Source: Anthoceros angustus
Taxonomy: Eukaryota > Plantae > Anthocerotophyta
NCBI GenBank assembly: GCA_010909165.1
Contig: MU008170.1
Coordinates: 620,001-684,000, forward strand
Reading direction: 5' to 3'
DNA length: 64,000 bases
The translations under genes were made by a program, and so were the position numbers. This document shows, piece after piece, positions 34,801-49,000 of this stretch. The notes under the pieces are model-generated. The model saw only the letters and a program-made list of their open reading frames with translations. It had not been told where the DNA came from and did not search any database. Every line of letters starts with the position of its first letter. The stretch's first letter is position 1.

Positions 34801-37800
34801 TCAAAAGTTCCCATATCCACTAACATGTTCGATATGCAAAAGAAGTTGATTCTTGTTCTCCGACAAGTGTTGTCCAATTGCAAGTATAAAACCTTGTAAT
34901 ACTCGTAGTTGTGTATCACATCCGTATAATGATAGTCAAATTGGCGTCATTTCTCAAATGCAAGAAGGCCCTCGCTTTATACGTGTAGTTGTGAATCATA
35001 CACCCAACTACGTGAGAGATGCGACTCATCCAGTTCTTGACCACCTCAAAAGTGTGGTACCTCGCTTTTCTTGTCCATCCCATCTATAGGCGAATATGTA
35101 CTTATGCGGATCTCAACTTTTGCTCCTGTGTTTGGCCATCTCTGCTCGTGCAAAAGAGCACGATGTGGCCCAACAGCGACTGATATTTCATCATATAAAA
35201 CAAGAACTTCACGGAGCCAAAATCCATTCTTTCAAACACTCTAGTCATGCCCCTCATTTATCATTACACATATACTTCACATGAGGGCCGGATTTTGGTG
35301 TAGGTGGGAGCCAAGGTCGACTTATGGAGTTCCACCCAAGGGTTTCCGTATTAACGGGACATAGGCCGGCACCCTCACATTAACAAGGGTGGTGCCGGCC
35401 GGCGCCACTAGTGTCATGACATTGGGGGCGGCCGGCGCCCCCACCCAATGGAGGAGGAGGAGGGGACGGGGAGGGGGGAGGGGAGGGGACAACCAACCAT
35501 CCGCAGGCCTGGACCTCATCAGGAAACAGAAGAGAGGGGGCCGGCCTGCCGGCGCCACTCTCTTGTGATATAAGGGGGGGCGCCGGCCGACCTGCTTAAC
35601 CAAACCTCCATCCAGTAAGGCGCCCAAACCTCCAAGCAAGACGGCACCGACACCTAGGACCAAGACGCCACAAAACCGCAGTAGTTCACACAAAAAGGTT
35701 AGAAAGGACAGATGCAGAGGAACAAGAGTGCCCGACCTTGATCGACCTTGTGTTGAGTTCCGTATAGTTGTCTTCAATCCGCACAAGGCATGTCGAGAAC
35801 CGGTTTGACTTTGGGATCTTCACTCTCTGTAGTTGCATTTCCATAGCTTTAAGAACCACGCAGCGTAGGTGACATATCGAGCCACGACCTTTCGCACTCT
35901 CGTTTGTATAGCAACCATATTTCTAATTTTGTGTACGTGTCGGGAAGATTGAAAACCTCCACATTTGGGAGCCTCTCACCATGTACATAAAAATCTTGTC
36001 CACAGATATAAATGTTTGCGAGCATTCAAGTTGAAACCATAATATATGATCACGTTTTGTTCACAAAAACCTTTTATGCGTTTTGTGCAAATTAGCTTTC
36101 CTCCTTTTTCCCGATTTCGTCACTGGGTCCCTTCATGTCGGATTATAAATTCTTCAACATACCTTCCTTCATACGCATCTGTGCTCGGTCATGTACCAAT
36201 GAACGACAAAGTGAGGATCCGTGCATCTAAGTGAACATCAATGACCACCAATCCAAAACGGCTGCCATCAGCCGGTGGTGCAGGGGGCGCAATGAACATG
36301 TCTTTCCTTATTTCCGAAATGTCACCATTCAACCTGCGGTTTTCTTGTTCTTGTCTAACAACGGTTTGATATGCACCAAGGTACATATCCGTTGGGGAAG
36401 GTCCCCGAGTAAAGCCTCCTCTAGCAACGCCTCATCGCACGTGAAGAACCTCTGTTTCTTCAACTTCATCGCGAAAACCACTTCCATGCGTCTTGGAGTG
36501 AGCCCTATATTATTCTCCACAATAACGATCTCCTCTTGGTCCACCCAAAATTCTTCCCACCATTTATATTCCTCTGCAGTGACATATGGTCTAAGCGCCG
36601 AGAGGCCCTCCTTCAAGTGAGCCACACCCTCGGTTGGGGATAACCCTGACGATGTGCCTTTCTTATCACGGGCACGAAGGGATGTCAGCCGTGCGGCGGT
36701 TACGTCGCTGGATGGGACAAACTTCAAAAACTCCAAACCGGCTTCCGTTTCCCATTGTGGCGATGTCGAATATTGTTTGCTTCTAATGACTGTCACAAGG
36801 CCACGGTCAGGTTTTTCTTCTCTTGTAATTTTGAACTGGTGCTGGAATGACAGGTTGTTCAATTTCTGCACCGCAGCTCCGTATGCTTGGCGTCCATCCC
36901 CTTGTCGTAATGGCCAAACATAGGAGCGGAAGTCTGGAACCTCCGTTAATACCTTCACCTCTGGTGTTGGAGTGTACGCCTCTTTCAAAATTGCCGCCAA
37001 TGCGGGAGAGTATGAGCTTCTGTTTCAAGCTCTTTGAAAACATGAAAACATTTGGTCAATTTGATCATGAGTATGTCCAACGAGAAGAAACCCCACCTTT
37101 ACTTTCTCAAAAGTTCCCATATCCACTAACATGTTCGGATATGCAAAAGAAGTTGATTCTTGTTCTCCGACAAGTGTTGTCCAATTGCAAGTATAAAACC
37201 TTGTAATACTCCTCGTAGTTGTGTATCACATCCTGTAACTGATAGTCAAATTGGCGTCATTTCTCAAATTTGCGTAATGCAAGAAGGCCCTCGTTTTATA
37301 CGTGTAGTTGTGAATCATACACCCAACTACGTGACAGAGATCGGACTCCTCATCCGTGTTCTTGACCACCTCAAAAGTGTGGTACCTCGGTTTTCTTGGT
37401 CCATCCATCCATCTATAGATGTATGTACTTATGCGGATCTCTGTAACTTTTGCTCTGTGTTTGGCCATCTTCGTCCGTTCCTCGTGCGGCGCGATGTCGT
37501 CAGTAGCTGATATTTCCATTACAAAACAAGAACTTCACGAGTCGGTTTCAAAATCCATTCTTTCAAAATTGCCGCCAATGCGGGAGAGTATGAGCTTCCA
37601 CGTGTTTCAAGCTCTTTGAAAACATGAAAACATTTGGTCAATTTGATCATGAGTATGTCCAACGAGAAGAAACCCCACCTTTACTTTCTCAAAAGTTCCC
37701 ATATCCACTAACATGTTCGGATATGCAAAAGAAGTTGATTCTTGTTCTCCGACAAGTGTTGTCCAATTGCAAGTATAAAACCTTGGTAATACTCCTCGTA

Positions 37801-40800
37801 GTTGTGTATCACATCACATATGATGATAGTCAAATTGGCGTCATTTCTCAAATTTGCGTAATGCAAGAAGGCCCTCGTTTTATACGTGTAGTTGTGAATC
37901 ATACACCCAACTACGTGGACAGAGATACGGGACTCCTCATCCAGGTTCTTCGGCCACCTCAAAAAGTGTGGTACCTCAGTTTTCTTCTGGTCCATTCCAT
38001 CTATAGACAGTAATATGTACTTATGCGGATCTCTGTAACTTTTGCTCCTGTGTTTGGCCATCTTCGTCCGTTCCTCGTGCAGGCGCACACGATGTGCGTC
38101 CAACGCGACCTGATATTTCACTGTTACAAAACAACAACTTCACGGAGTCAGTTTTCAAAATCCATTCTTTGCAAACACTCTAGTCATGCCCTCTCATTTA
38201 TCATTACACATATACTTCACATGAGGGCTGGATTTTGGTGTAGGTGGGAGCCAAGGTCAGTACTTATGGAGTTCCACCCAAGGGTTTCCGTGGCCAATGG
38301 GACATAGGGGCGCCGGCCGGGCAGCACCCCTCCTGCTACTAACAAGGGTGGTGCCGGCCGGCCGGCGCCACTAGTGTCATGACATTGGGTGGGCGCGTGG
38401 CCTGTGGAGGAGGAGGAGGCGGGGAGGGGAGGGGAGTGCAGGCAACTAACCATCCGGTCGGACGCGCCCTCGGAAGCAGAGAGGGGCGGCTGCCGCGCCA
38501 CTCTCTTGTGATATAAGGGGCGCCGGCCGCTAAACCTCCATCCAAGAAGGCGCCCAAACCTCCAAGCGATGCGGCACCGACACCTAGGACCAAGACGGCC
38601 ACGACAAACCGCAGTAGTTCACAAAAAGGTTAGAAAGGACTGACATGCGGAGGAACAAGAGTGCCCAGTACCTTGATCGACCTTCTGTGTTGAGTTCCGT
38701 ATAGTTGTCTTCAATCCTGCGCAAAGCGAGCATGTCGAGAACCGGTTTGACTTTGGGATCTTCACACTGTAGTTGCATTTCCATAGCTTTAAGAACCACG
38801 CGTAGGTGACATATCTGAGCCCTGACCTTTCGCACTCTCGTTTGTATAGTAACCATATTTCTAATTTTGTGTACGTGTCGGGAAGATTGAAAACCTCCAC
38901 ATTTGGGAGCCTCTCAGCCATGTACATAAAAGTACTGTCCATCCAAGCTATGGCCCCTAGCGCATGCGGAGACTGCTGCATGGGTTTGTTCGAAACCATC
39001 CACGGTGAGTTCAAGAACTCTAGCCTTCAACTCCTCATACCGGATGTGTCCCACACAATAAACCCTTAAAGCCTTGAGACAACATCGTGTCGGAACACTC
39101 CCCATAACATGAGTGACAACTTTTCCTTTATCATTGGTCCCTGTGTCGCGATGGACTAGAGGCGAAGGAATGTCTCCACTTATGCACATTCTTATGAATC
39201 TATACCGCTCACGAAATCTTTCTTCGTCAATTTACGCAAGCACATCCGATTGCAACAAGGTTTCCGATGTATCACAATGTCCACTTCACTCTTCCTCAAC
39301 GACACGCCGGCTGCCGTCTTGACGACATAACGCAGACGAGTCCTTTGACGTCTGCAATGTCTCGCTCAAAGGTTTGGTGAAACGATCTTTGCACATCATC
39401 CTCCGGAGGTGATTGGAAGTCGTCGCTCGATGGGACCTCTATCGGACGACCGCCTAGCTCCTCGGGACCGGTATGTTTTGCCTACCCATACCCATCGCCA
39501 TGAACAAGCCACGGCGGGCAATCATGCGAACATCAGTCCTTCAACCCCAACTCTCCTCGGAGGGCTGCCGTCTATGGTGCATACAAGTTGATTTCTTGGC
39601 GTCATCAGACACCATGCGGCATACTTGGCGAAGACAATTCCGTCGGCGTCTTTCCCTGCACAAGTGACATCCACTCGACTTCCCACAATGTGCTATAACG
39701 GACTCTTCAAGCCCCTTAACACACTAACCTTGCGGAGGATGGCGAGGCGGTGGCGGAGGTTCAAAGATCAAGCCTCCTCGCCCTTTTAGTCCGCCTGGGC
39801 CTCAAGTATCGGGAGGGTTCTTCTACATAAGCCGATGCTGCGTGCAAATGTGCATTTGCCGGGTTAACATGGTGATAGCACAAATGAATCGGACATGACA
39901 TACGGTGCACTTTCCACTCACGTCCTCCATATAAATGCATGTGTGTCGCGCAACATTTGTGGTAGTCGTCGACAAGTCCTTGGTAGACTCCTTGCAAGCG
40001 AAATGGTTGGTAAGTGTGGTTTGCGTCGGCCGACTTAGTACCCACGCCTACGACGCGACTTCATTGCACATAACGGCGAGGAAATCCAATGAGGCGGATA
40101 TCGCGGTCCACGCGGATAAGAATAACGGCCGCAGCTGATGGATAAGTCACGATGTCATAAATACATGCATAGGAGAATAAGGTCCACTTAACTACCACCT
40201 TTCACACGACATCGGGGTTTCTAACTTTGGTTAGCGTGGTGAGCGGTAACCTAATCGGTCCAGGGTTAAGAGTCCCTTTTGGTAGCGGTGTTCCACTTGC
40301 AACTGTTCAAGCGCACTCGGAGTAACGCTCCACGGTCGCGAGAGGCCTCCATCGGTGTGTGGCGGCGTGTGTGAAGGAGGGACCTACGGTGTGCGCCTTT
40401 GCAAGCGTGTTCCGTGTCAACGGTGCACAAGGCATCCTGCGGCGAGAACTCCACAATTTCCATTCAAGCCCAATTTGTGAGTGATGCAACTTTGTTTTCG
40501 TAGCTCAATTCAGGCGGGCTGTGCGGTGAGCGATGGCAAGCGGACGACGGAGCAAGAAGGATTTGGCGGATCGCGGTGCCGGTGACCTCCTCCCAAGCAA
40601 GAAATCCAGGCGGGGAGTAGCGGGCGGCTGGCGTGCGAGGACTTGGGAAAGGCAGCGACCATCGTGATGCGGAGGAACAAGAGTGCCCTTGATCGACCTT
40701 CCGTGTTGAGTTCCGTATAGTTGTCTTCAATCCTGCGAGCATGTCGAGAACCGGTTTGACTTGGGATCTTCACTCGTAGTTGCATTTCCATAGCTTTAAG

Positions 40801-41500
40801 AACCACGCGTAGGTGACATATCGAGCCACGACCTTTCGCACTCTCGTTTGTATAGCAACCATATTTCTAATTTTGTATGCGTGTCGGAAGATTGAAAACC
40901 TCCACATTTGGGAGCCTCTCACCATGTACATAAAAGTCTTGTCCATCAAGCTATGGCCCCTAGCGCATGCGAGGCTGTATGGGGTTTGTTGAAAACCATC
41001 CACGGTGAGTTCTGAAGAACTCTAGCCTTCAACTCCTCATACCTGATGTGTCCCACACAATAAACCCTTCTGAAAGCCTTCAGACAACATCGTATCGGAA
41101 CACTCCCCATAACATGAGTGACAACTTTTCCTTTATCATTGGTCCCTCGGTCGCGATGGACTAGAGACTGAAGGAATGTCTCCTGCTCTTGTCTGCACAT
41201 TCTGATGAATCTATACCGCTGCTCTTGAAATCTTTCTTTCGTCAATTTCTGCAAGCACATCTGATTGCAACAAGGTTTCCGGTAGTCAGCTGTTACAATG
41301 TCCACTTCACTCTTCCTCAATGACACTCCGGCTGCCCGTCTTCGATAACATAATGCAGACGAGTCCTTCTACGTCTGCAATGTCTCGCTCAAAGGCTTCA
41401 GATGAAATGATCTTGGCACATCATCCTCTGGAGGCGTCTGGAAGTCGTCTGCTTTTGGTTGGACCTCTATCGGACGACCATCTAGCACCTCGGGACCAGG
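31900..41500 (-). CDS. Sola1-like DDD transposase, spliced; several frameshifted partial copies
   Basis: N-terminal CCNQMCLQKL...CCLKAFRRVYCVG and KIPKSNRFSTCSLC. Catalytic core KYILLSIDGMDQKKT...HVVG...DANLTI...LYLQLDNTCRENKN...GFLLVGHTHDQIDQMFS. C-terminal segment ...YEGRY...YGFNLN. A GT-AG intron at 38671-38121 joins KVDQ|VKYQVALDAHR. Confidence 0.8.
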
Positions 41501-43699
41501 TTTGTTCTGCCTTCGCATACCCATCGCCATGAACAAGCCACGGCGGGCAATCGTGCGAACATCAGTCCTTCAACCCCAACTCTCCTCATTTGGAGGTGCC
41601 GTCTATGGCGCATACAAGTTCGATTTCTTGGCGTCATCGGAACACCATGCGGCATACTTGGCGAAGACAATTCCACGTCGGCGTCTTTCCCTGCACAAGT
41701 GACATCCACTCGACTTCCCACAATGTGCTATAACGGACTCTTCAAGCCCCTTAACACACTAACCTTGCGGAGGATGGCGAGGCGGAGGTGGCGGAGGGTT
41801 CAAAGATCAAGCCTCCTCGCCCTTTTTAGAGTCCGCCAGCCTCAAGTATCGGGAGGGTTCTTCTACATAAGCCGATGCTGCGTGCAAATGTGCATTTGCC
41901 GGGTTAATGTTGGTGATAGCACAAATGAATCGGACATGACACGGTGGTGCACTTTCCACTCACGTCCTCCATATCGTGTGTGTCGCGCAACATTGCGTAG
42001 TCAAGTCGCCGACAAGTCACCTTGGTAGACTCCTTGCAAAGAAATGGTTGGTAAGTGTGGTTTGCGTCGGCGCCGACTTAGTACCCACGCCTCGACGCGA
42101 CTTCATTGCACATAACGGCGAGGAAATCCAATGAGGCGGATATCGCGTCGCCACGCGGATAAGAATAACGCCGCGCAAGCGATGGATAAGTCACGGTCAT
42201 AAATACATGCATAGGAGAATAAGGTCCACTTAACTACCCTTTCACACGACATCGGGGTTTCTAACTTTGGTTAACGTGGTGAGGTAACCTAATCTGGTCC
42301 AGGGTTAAGAGTTCCTTTTGGTAGCGGTGTTCCACTTGCAACTGTTCAAGCGCCTTTTCGTAACGCTCCACGGTCGCGAGAGGCCTCCATCGGTGTGGCG
42401 GGCGTGTGTGAAGGAGGGACCTACGGTGTGCGCCTTTGCAAGAGCGTGTTCCGTGTCAACGGTGCACAAGGCATCCTGCGGCGAGAACTCCACAATTTCC
42501 ATTCAAGCCCAATTTGTGAGTGATGCAACTTTGTTTTCGTAGCTCAATTCAGGCGGGCTGTGCGGTGAGCGATGGCAAGCGGACGACGGAGCAAGAAGGA
42601 TTTGGCGGATCGCGGTGCCGGTGACCTCCTCCCAAGCAAGAAATCCAGGCGGGGAGTAGCGGGCGGCTGGCGTGCGAGGACTTGGGAAAGGCAGCGACCA
42701 TCGTGATGCGGAGGTGGCGGAGGTTCAAAAGATCAAGCCTCCTCGCCCTTTTCGGGAGTCCGCCAGCCTCAAGTATCGGGAGGGTTCTTCTACATAAGCC
42801 GATGCTGCGTGCAAATGTGCATTTGCCGGGTTAACGGGTGATAGCACAAATGAATCGGACATGACACGATGGTGCACTTTCCACTCACGTCCTCCATATA
42901 AATCATGTGTGTCGCGCGCAACATTTGCCGTGGTAAGTCGTCGACAAGTCACCTTGGTAGACTCCTTGCAAGCGAAATGGTTGGTAAGTGTGGTTTGCGT
43001 CGGCCGACTTAGTACCCACGCCTACGCGACTTCATTGCACATAACGAGGAAATCCAATGAGGCGGATATCGCGGTCCACGCGGATAAGAATAACGGCCGC
43101 CGCACGATGGATAAGTCACGGTCATAAATACATGCATAGGAGAATAAGGTCCACTTAACTACCACCTTTCACACGACATCGTGGTTTCTAACTTTGGTTA
43201 ACGTGGTGAGCGGTAACCTAATCTGGTCCAGGTTAAGAGTCCCTTTTGGTAACGGTGTTCCACTTGCAACTGTTCAAGCACTTTCGTAACGCTCCACGGT
43301 CGCGAGAGGCCTCCATCGGTGTGTGTGGCGTGTGTGAAGGAGGGACCTACGGTGCGCCTTTGCAAGAGCGTGTTCCGTGTCAGCGGTGCACAAGGCATCC
43401 TGGGCGAGAACTCCACAATTTCCATTCAAGCCCAATTTGTGAGTGATGCAACTTTGTTTTCGTAGCTCAATTACAGGCGGGCTGTGCGGTGAGCGATGGC
43501 AAGCGGACGGCGGAGCAAGAAGGATTTGGCGGATGCGGCGCGTGACCTCCTCCCAAGCAAGAAATCCAGGCGGGGAGTAAGCGGCGGCTAGTGCGGCCGC
43601 GGGGGAAAGGCAGCGACCATCGCGTGATCGGGAGGTGGTGAGCAAGCCAAGGGTGGGCATGCATCGGGCAAGCGAAATCCGCTAGCACGGCGTCTGCGA

Positions 43700-46600
43700 A
43701 GGCGGCTGGCGGTGGAAAGAGGGGGAGCTGGAGTGGAGAAGTCACAGAAGCCCCAGAAGCAGCCTGTGCCAGCGCCGATTCCTTCGCCCTTCACCTACGA
43801 GGAGACTGTGATCATTCGGCGTCTGAATGCTCAGATGGATCCTGTCAATGTTCTTGAGAAAGATTGGATGGTGACACAGGATGCAGAGCCAGAGGATGAG
43901 AACGTTTTCTGGACTCCACTATTGAAATTGTGGATCATGGGTTTCAGGGGAGCATTGCCTAACCAAAGAGCGAGGGCTGGATGGGTAGTATGGGCGACCA
44001 CGGACATGGACGAGAAGAACCGGTGTTCACGTTGTTTTGCACAACAAGGCCTCGGAGTTTGACGCAGTGATTCAAGACCCTCAAATGTATAGGGCGTATG
44101 AGCTCGGCGTCCTTGGGTTTCAGCTAAGAAATGTGGTCCTCCCGAGCTTGTCGAGGTATTTCGAGAAGCAATGCGGCAACCGAGTGTAAGCAGTATATGC
44201 CATGGACATGTGAATTTTGTTTTGTTGGTTTGTGTCACCGATGTGCTTTCTCCTCGATTTGCATCATGTTTCTTTGTCAGCCACCCAGTAGGAAGAGCTC
44301 TTATCGGGTTGTGTGGAAAGGTGTCGGATCTTGCACAGCGCGTATTGTCTATGAGGAGAGCGAGAAGCGGTGCAGGAATGAGGATGATGCGAGCGAGGAT
44401 GATGCGAGCGAGGATGATGCGAGATAGTGAATCGGACCATCCGACGAGGATGATGGCCCGATCCCGGATGTCTGGGTCATTCGGATGGAGAAGGGTCAGC
44501 GACCAAGGCGAGGATAGGGATGCAGAGGACATCATGAACTTTGCGACCTTGTTCCTACCGTCCGCATCGATGCGGATGACAATCGTGGCGCCGGCGCCGA
44601 CTGGCGGATGGGGAAGACTGATGACCCCAAACCCAAACTGGTTTGTCCAGTTTCCGTTGGGGGGAGATGGACTAGGCGCCGGCCGGCGGCGGCGCCTGGC
44701 GTGCCATTCGCTTTTCGCGCGAAGGAGGAGGCGGCCGGCGCCGGAGGCGAAGAGGAGCCAGGCGGTGATGTGGTGGGCGAGGTGGCGGAGGGTTCAAAAG
44801 ATCAAGCCTCCTCGCCCTTTTCCGGGAGTCCGCCAGCCTCAAGTATCGGGAGGGTTCTTCTACATAAGCCGATGCTGCGTGCAAATGTGCATTTGCCGGG
44901 TTAATGGTGATAGCACAAATGAATCGACATGACACGTGCACTTTCCACTCACGTCCTCCATATCGTCTGTGTGTCGCGCGCAACATTGCTAGTCAAGTCG
45001 CCGACAAGTCCCGCTAGACTCCTTGCAAGCGAAATGGTTGGTAAGTGTGGTTTGCGTCGGCCGACTTAGTACCCACGCCTACGACGCGACTTCATTGCAC
45101 ATAACGGCGAGGAAATCCAATGAGGCGTGGATATCGCGGTCCGCCACGGATAAGAATAACGAATCGATGGATAAGTCACGATGTCATAAATACATGCATA
45201 GGAGAATAAGGTCCACTTAACTACCACCTTTCACACGACATCGGGGTTTCTAACTTTGGTTAACGTGGTGAGGTAACCCTAATCGGTCCAGGTTAAGAGT
45301 CCCTTTTGGTAACGGTGTTCCACTTGCAACTGCCGCCAAGTAACGCCCACACGGCGAGAGAGGCCTCCATCACCGTGTGGCGGCGTGTGTGAAGGAGGGA
45401 CCTACGGTGTGCGCCTTTGCAAAGAGCGTGTTCCGTGTCAACCGGCACAAGGCATCCTGCGGCGAGAACTCCACAATTTCCATTCAAGCCCAATTTGTGA
45501 GTGATGCAACTTTGTTTTCGCGTAGCTCAATCGGGGCGGCTGTGCGGTGAGCGATGGCAAGCGGACGGCGGAGCAAGAAGGATTTGGCGGATGCGGCGCT
45601 GCACCGACCTCCTCCCAAGCAAGAAATCCAGGCGGGGAGTAGAAGGCGGCTAGTGCACCCAGGGACTTGGGAAAGGCAGCGACCATCGTGATGCGACTGG
45701 AGGTGGTGTGCAAGCCAAGGGTGGGCATGCATCGGGCGGGCAAGCGAAATCCGCTAGCCTGACGTCTGCGAAGGCCAGCACAACGGTGGAAAGAGGGGGA
45801 GCTGGAGTGGAGAAGACACAAAAGCCCCAGAAGCAGCCTGTGCCAGCGCCCATTCCTTCGCCCTTCACCTACGAGGAGACTGTGATCATTCGGCGTCTGA
45901 ATGCTCAGCTGGATCCTGTCACTGTTCTGGAGAAAGACTGGATGGTGACATGATGCGAGCGAGGATGAGAACGTCGGACTCCACTATTGAAATTGTGGAT
46001 CATGGGTTGGGGAGCATTGCCTAACCAAAGAGCGAGGGCTGGATGGGTAGTATGGGCGACCACGGACATGGACGAGAAGAACCGGTGTTCACGTTGTTTT
46101 GCACAACAAGGCCTCGGAGTTTGACGCAGTGATTCAAGACCCTCAAATGTATAGGGCGTATGAGCTCGTCCTTGGGTTTCAGCTAAGAAATGTGGTCCTC
46201 CCGAGCTTGTCGAGGTATTTCGAGAAGCAATGCGGCAACCGAGTGTAAGCCGATATGCCATGGACATGAATTTTGTTTTGTTGGTTTGTGTCACCGATGT
46301 GCTTTCTCCTCCGATTTGCATCATGTTTCTTTGCAGCCACCCTGTAGGAAGAGCTCTTATCGATCACAGTGGAAAGGTGTCGGATCTTGTAGCACAGCGT
46401 ATTGTCTATGAGGAGAGCGAGAGAGCAGAGTGAATGAGGATGATGCGAGAGCTGCAGAAGATGCGATAGTGAATCGGACCATCCGACGAGGATGATGGCC
46501 CGATCGATGTCTGGGTCATTCGAGATGGAGAAGGGTCGACCAAGACGAGGATAGGGATGCAGAGGACATCATGAACTTTGCGACCTTGTTCCTACCGTCC

Positions 46601-49000
46601 GCATCGATGCGGATGACAATCAGGCGCCCGGCCGGCGCCGACTCGGATGGGGAAGACTGATGACCCCAAACCCAAACCGGTTTGTCCGCCTGCTGGGGAG
46701 ATGGACTAGGCGCCGCCGGCCGCCTCAAGGTGCCCATTCGCACTCGCACCAAGAAGGAGGAGGCGGCGCCGCCGCGCCAGGGCGGAAAGAGGAGCCAGGG
46801 CAGTGATGTGGTGGAGCGAGGTGGAAAACGGAAGAGAGCACCTACGGATGTCTCTGCTGCCAGCGGACGGATGAGCAGTGGCGATGTGGCGGCAGGTAGT
46901 GGGAAGAAGAAGTCGAAGAGAGATGAAGGAAAAGGGGACCATCCGGAAAACATTGCCACTGTTCATGTTCGTACAGACGAGGAAAGGCTGGAGGATGCTA
47001 TCGATCACGACCCTTTGACACGAATTCGGGACTCGCTTACTCCAAGAAGGTGGTTCAGAAGCAGTATTAGTGAAGTGGAGAATTTGAAACCGCATCCCAT
47101 ATTACACCGGATGCGAGATAAGGAGAGTGGACGAGGCATGGGCAAATTATTTGGCTCGTGTAATATCGAAGGGAAGGATTGAGGAGGGCGTGTTGCCTCT
47201 CCTTTGCATGATCGACCCGGAGTGTGACAACCTCGCAAGTTGGTGGAAAGGTTCAGGGCGAAGAAATATGTTATGGGGGTTCTTGGTGGGAACCATACTT
47301 TTGCAGCCATGAAACATTTGGCAGATATATCTCCGGGGAAAACACGCTTCCAATATGTGGAAGCTCATGTGTATTGTGGGCTGACGGTGGCGGAAATGCG
47401 AGTACTGGCAACAGACCACAATACGATGTCAGACAAAAGGAAGAAGATGTCCTTCATTGAGCAGGTCAGGTACTTGAGGGACGAACTGCTTATTGCCAGG
47501 CGAGATGATGTCCAGATGACCATGAATTGGAAATTCAACCTATACCGTGTATTGGGCTTGATTGAGGACGACGGAGGTCGGGAAGACGATGTTTACAAGC
47601 AGAATAAGGTGGACAATCGGACCCACATCTTATGCATTGCGAAACAGGAGGGGAAGGTTTGGGACAACGTGGATCGAATATTTTCAAAATGGGAGGTGGA
47701 GAATTGCCGGAGAAACATGTTCTGAACAAGTAAGAAGGGCAAAGGCAAACGGAAGGTACAAGAGGAGGCTCGGTTGTTGACCTTTGTTTACGTGGAGAAG
47801 GTCAGCGACCAAGACGAGGATAGGGATGCAGAGGACATCATGAACTTGCGACCTTGTTCCTACCGTCCGCATCGATCACGGATGACAATCAGGCGCCGGC
47901 CGGCCGGCCGCCGACTCTGGCGGATGGGGAAGACTGATGACCCCAAACCCAAACCGGTTTGTCCGATTTCCGTTGGGGAGATGGACTAGGCGCCGGCCGG
48001 CGGCGGTAGTGGGAAGAAGTTTCATGAAGAAGGAGGCGGCGCCGGCCGGCGCCGGGAGGCGAAGAGGAGCCAGGCGGTGATGTGGTGGAGCGAGGTGGAA
48101 AGCGGAAGAGCACCTACGGATGTCTCTGCCGGAGACGATGACGATGGCGATGTGGCGGTAGTGGGAAGAAGAAGTCGAAGAGATGGAGGAAAAGGGGACC
48201 ATCCGGAAAACATTGCCACTGCTCATGTTCGTGCAGACGAGGAAAAGGCTGGAGGATGCTATCGAGATGCACCCTTTGACACGGTCGGGACTCGGCTTAC
48301 TCCAAGAAGGTGGTTCAGAAGCAGTATTAGTGAAGTGGAGAATTTGAAACCGCATCCCATATTACACCGATGCGCAGATAAGGAGAGTGGACGAGGCATG
48401 GGCAAATTATTTGGCTCGTGTAATATCGAAGGGAAGGATTGAGGAGGGCGTGTTGCCTCTCCTTTGCATGATCGACCCGGAGTGTGACAACCTCGCAAGT
48501 TGGTGGAAAAGGTTCGAGCGAAGAAATATGTTATGGGCGTTCTTGGTGGGAACCATACCTTTGCGACCATGAAACATTTGGCGAGATATATCTCCGGGGA
48601 AAACACGCTTCCAATATGTGGAAGCTCATGTGTATTAATGTGATGCGGAAAATGCGTACTGCACCACAATCGATGTCGACAAAGGAAGAAGATGTCCTTC
48701 ATTGAGCAGGTCAGGTACTTGAGGGACGAACTACTTATTGCCAGGCGAGATGATGTCCAGATGACCATGAATTGGAAATTCAACCTATACCGTGTATTGG
48801 GCTTGATTGAGGACGACGGAGGTCGGGAAGATGATGTTTACAAGCAGAATAAGGTGGACAATCGGACCCACATCTTATGCATTGCAGGAGGGAAGGTTTG
48901 GGACAACGTGGATCGAATATTTTCAAAATGGGAGGTGGAGAATTGCGGAGCGGAAAACATGTTCTAACAAGTAAGAAGGGCAAAGGCAACGGAAGGTACA
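43700..49000 (+). CDS. Cargo gene, N-terminal part: Cys-rich region, acidic/low-complexity linker and ParB/Sulfiredoxin-like domain (2 frameshifted copies)
   Basis: RCSRC...CEFCFVGLCHRC...; IRRVDEAWANYLARVI...VMGVLGGNHTFAAMKHL...HVYCGLTVAEMRVLATDHN..MSFIEQVRYLR. GGNH lies at 47285-47296, with a second copy near 48545. Confidence 0.65.

Noticed and set aside
39760-40670. Spacer between the transposase and the cargo gene as a coding gene
   Set aside because: Short ORFs are inconsistent among the four copies; it is more simply read as a divergent promoter/UTR region, though this is unproven.
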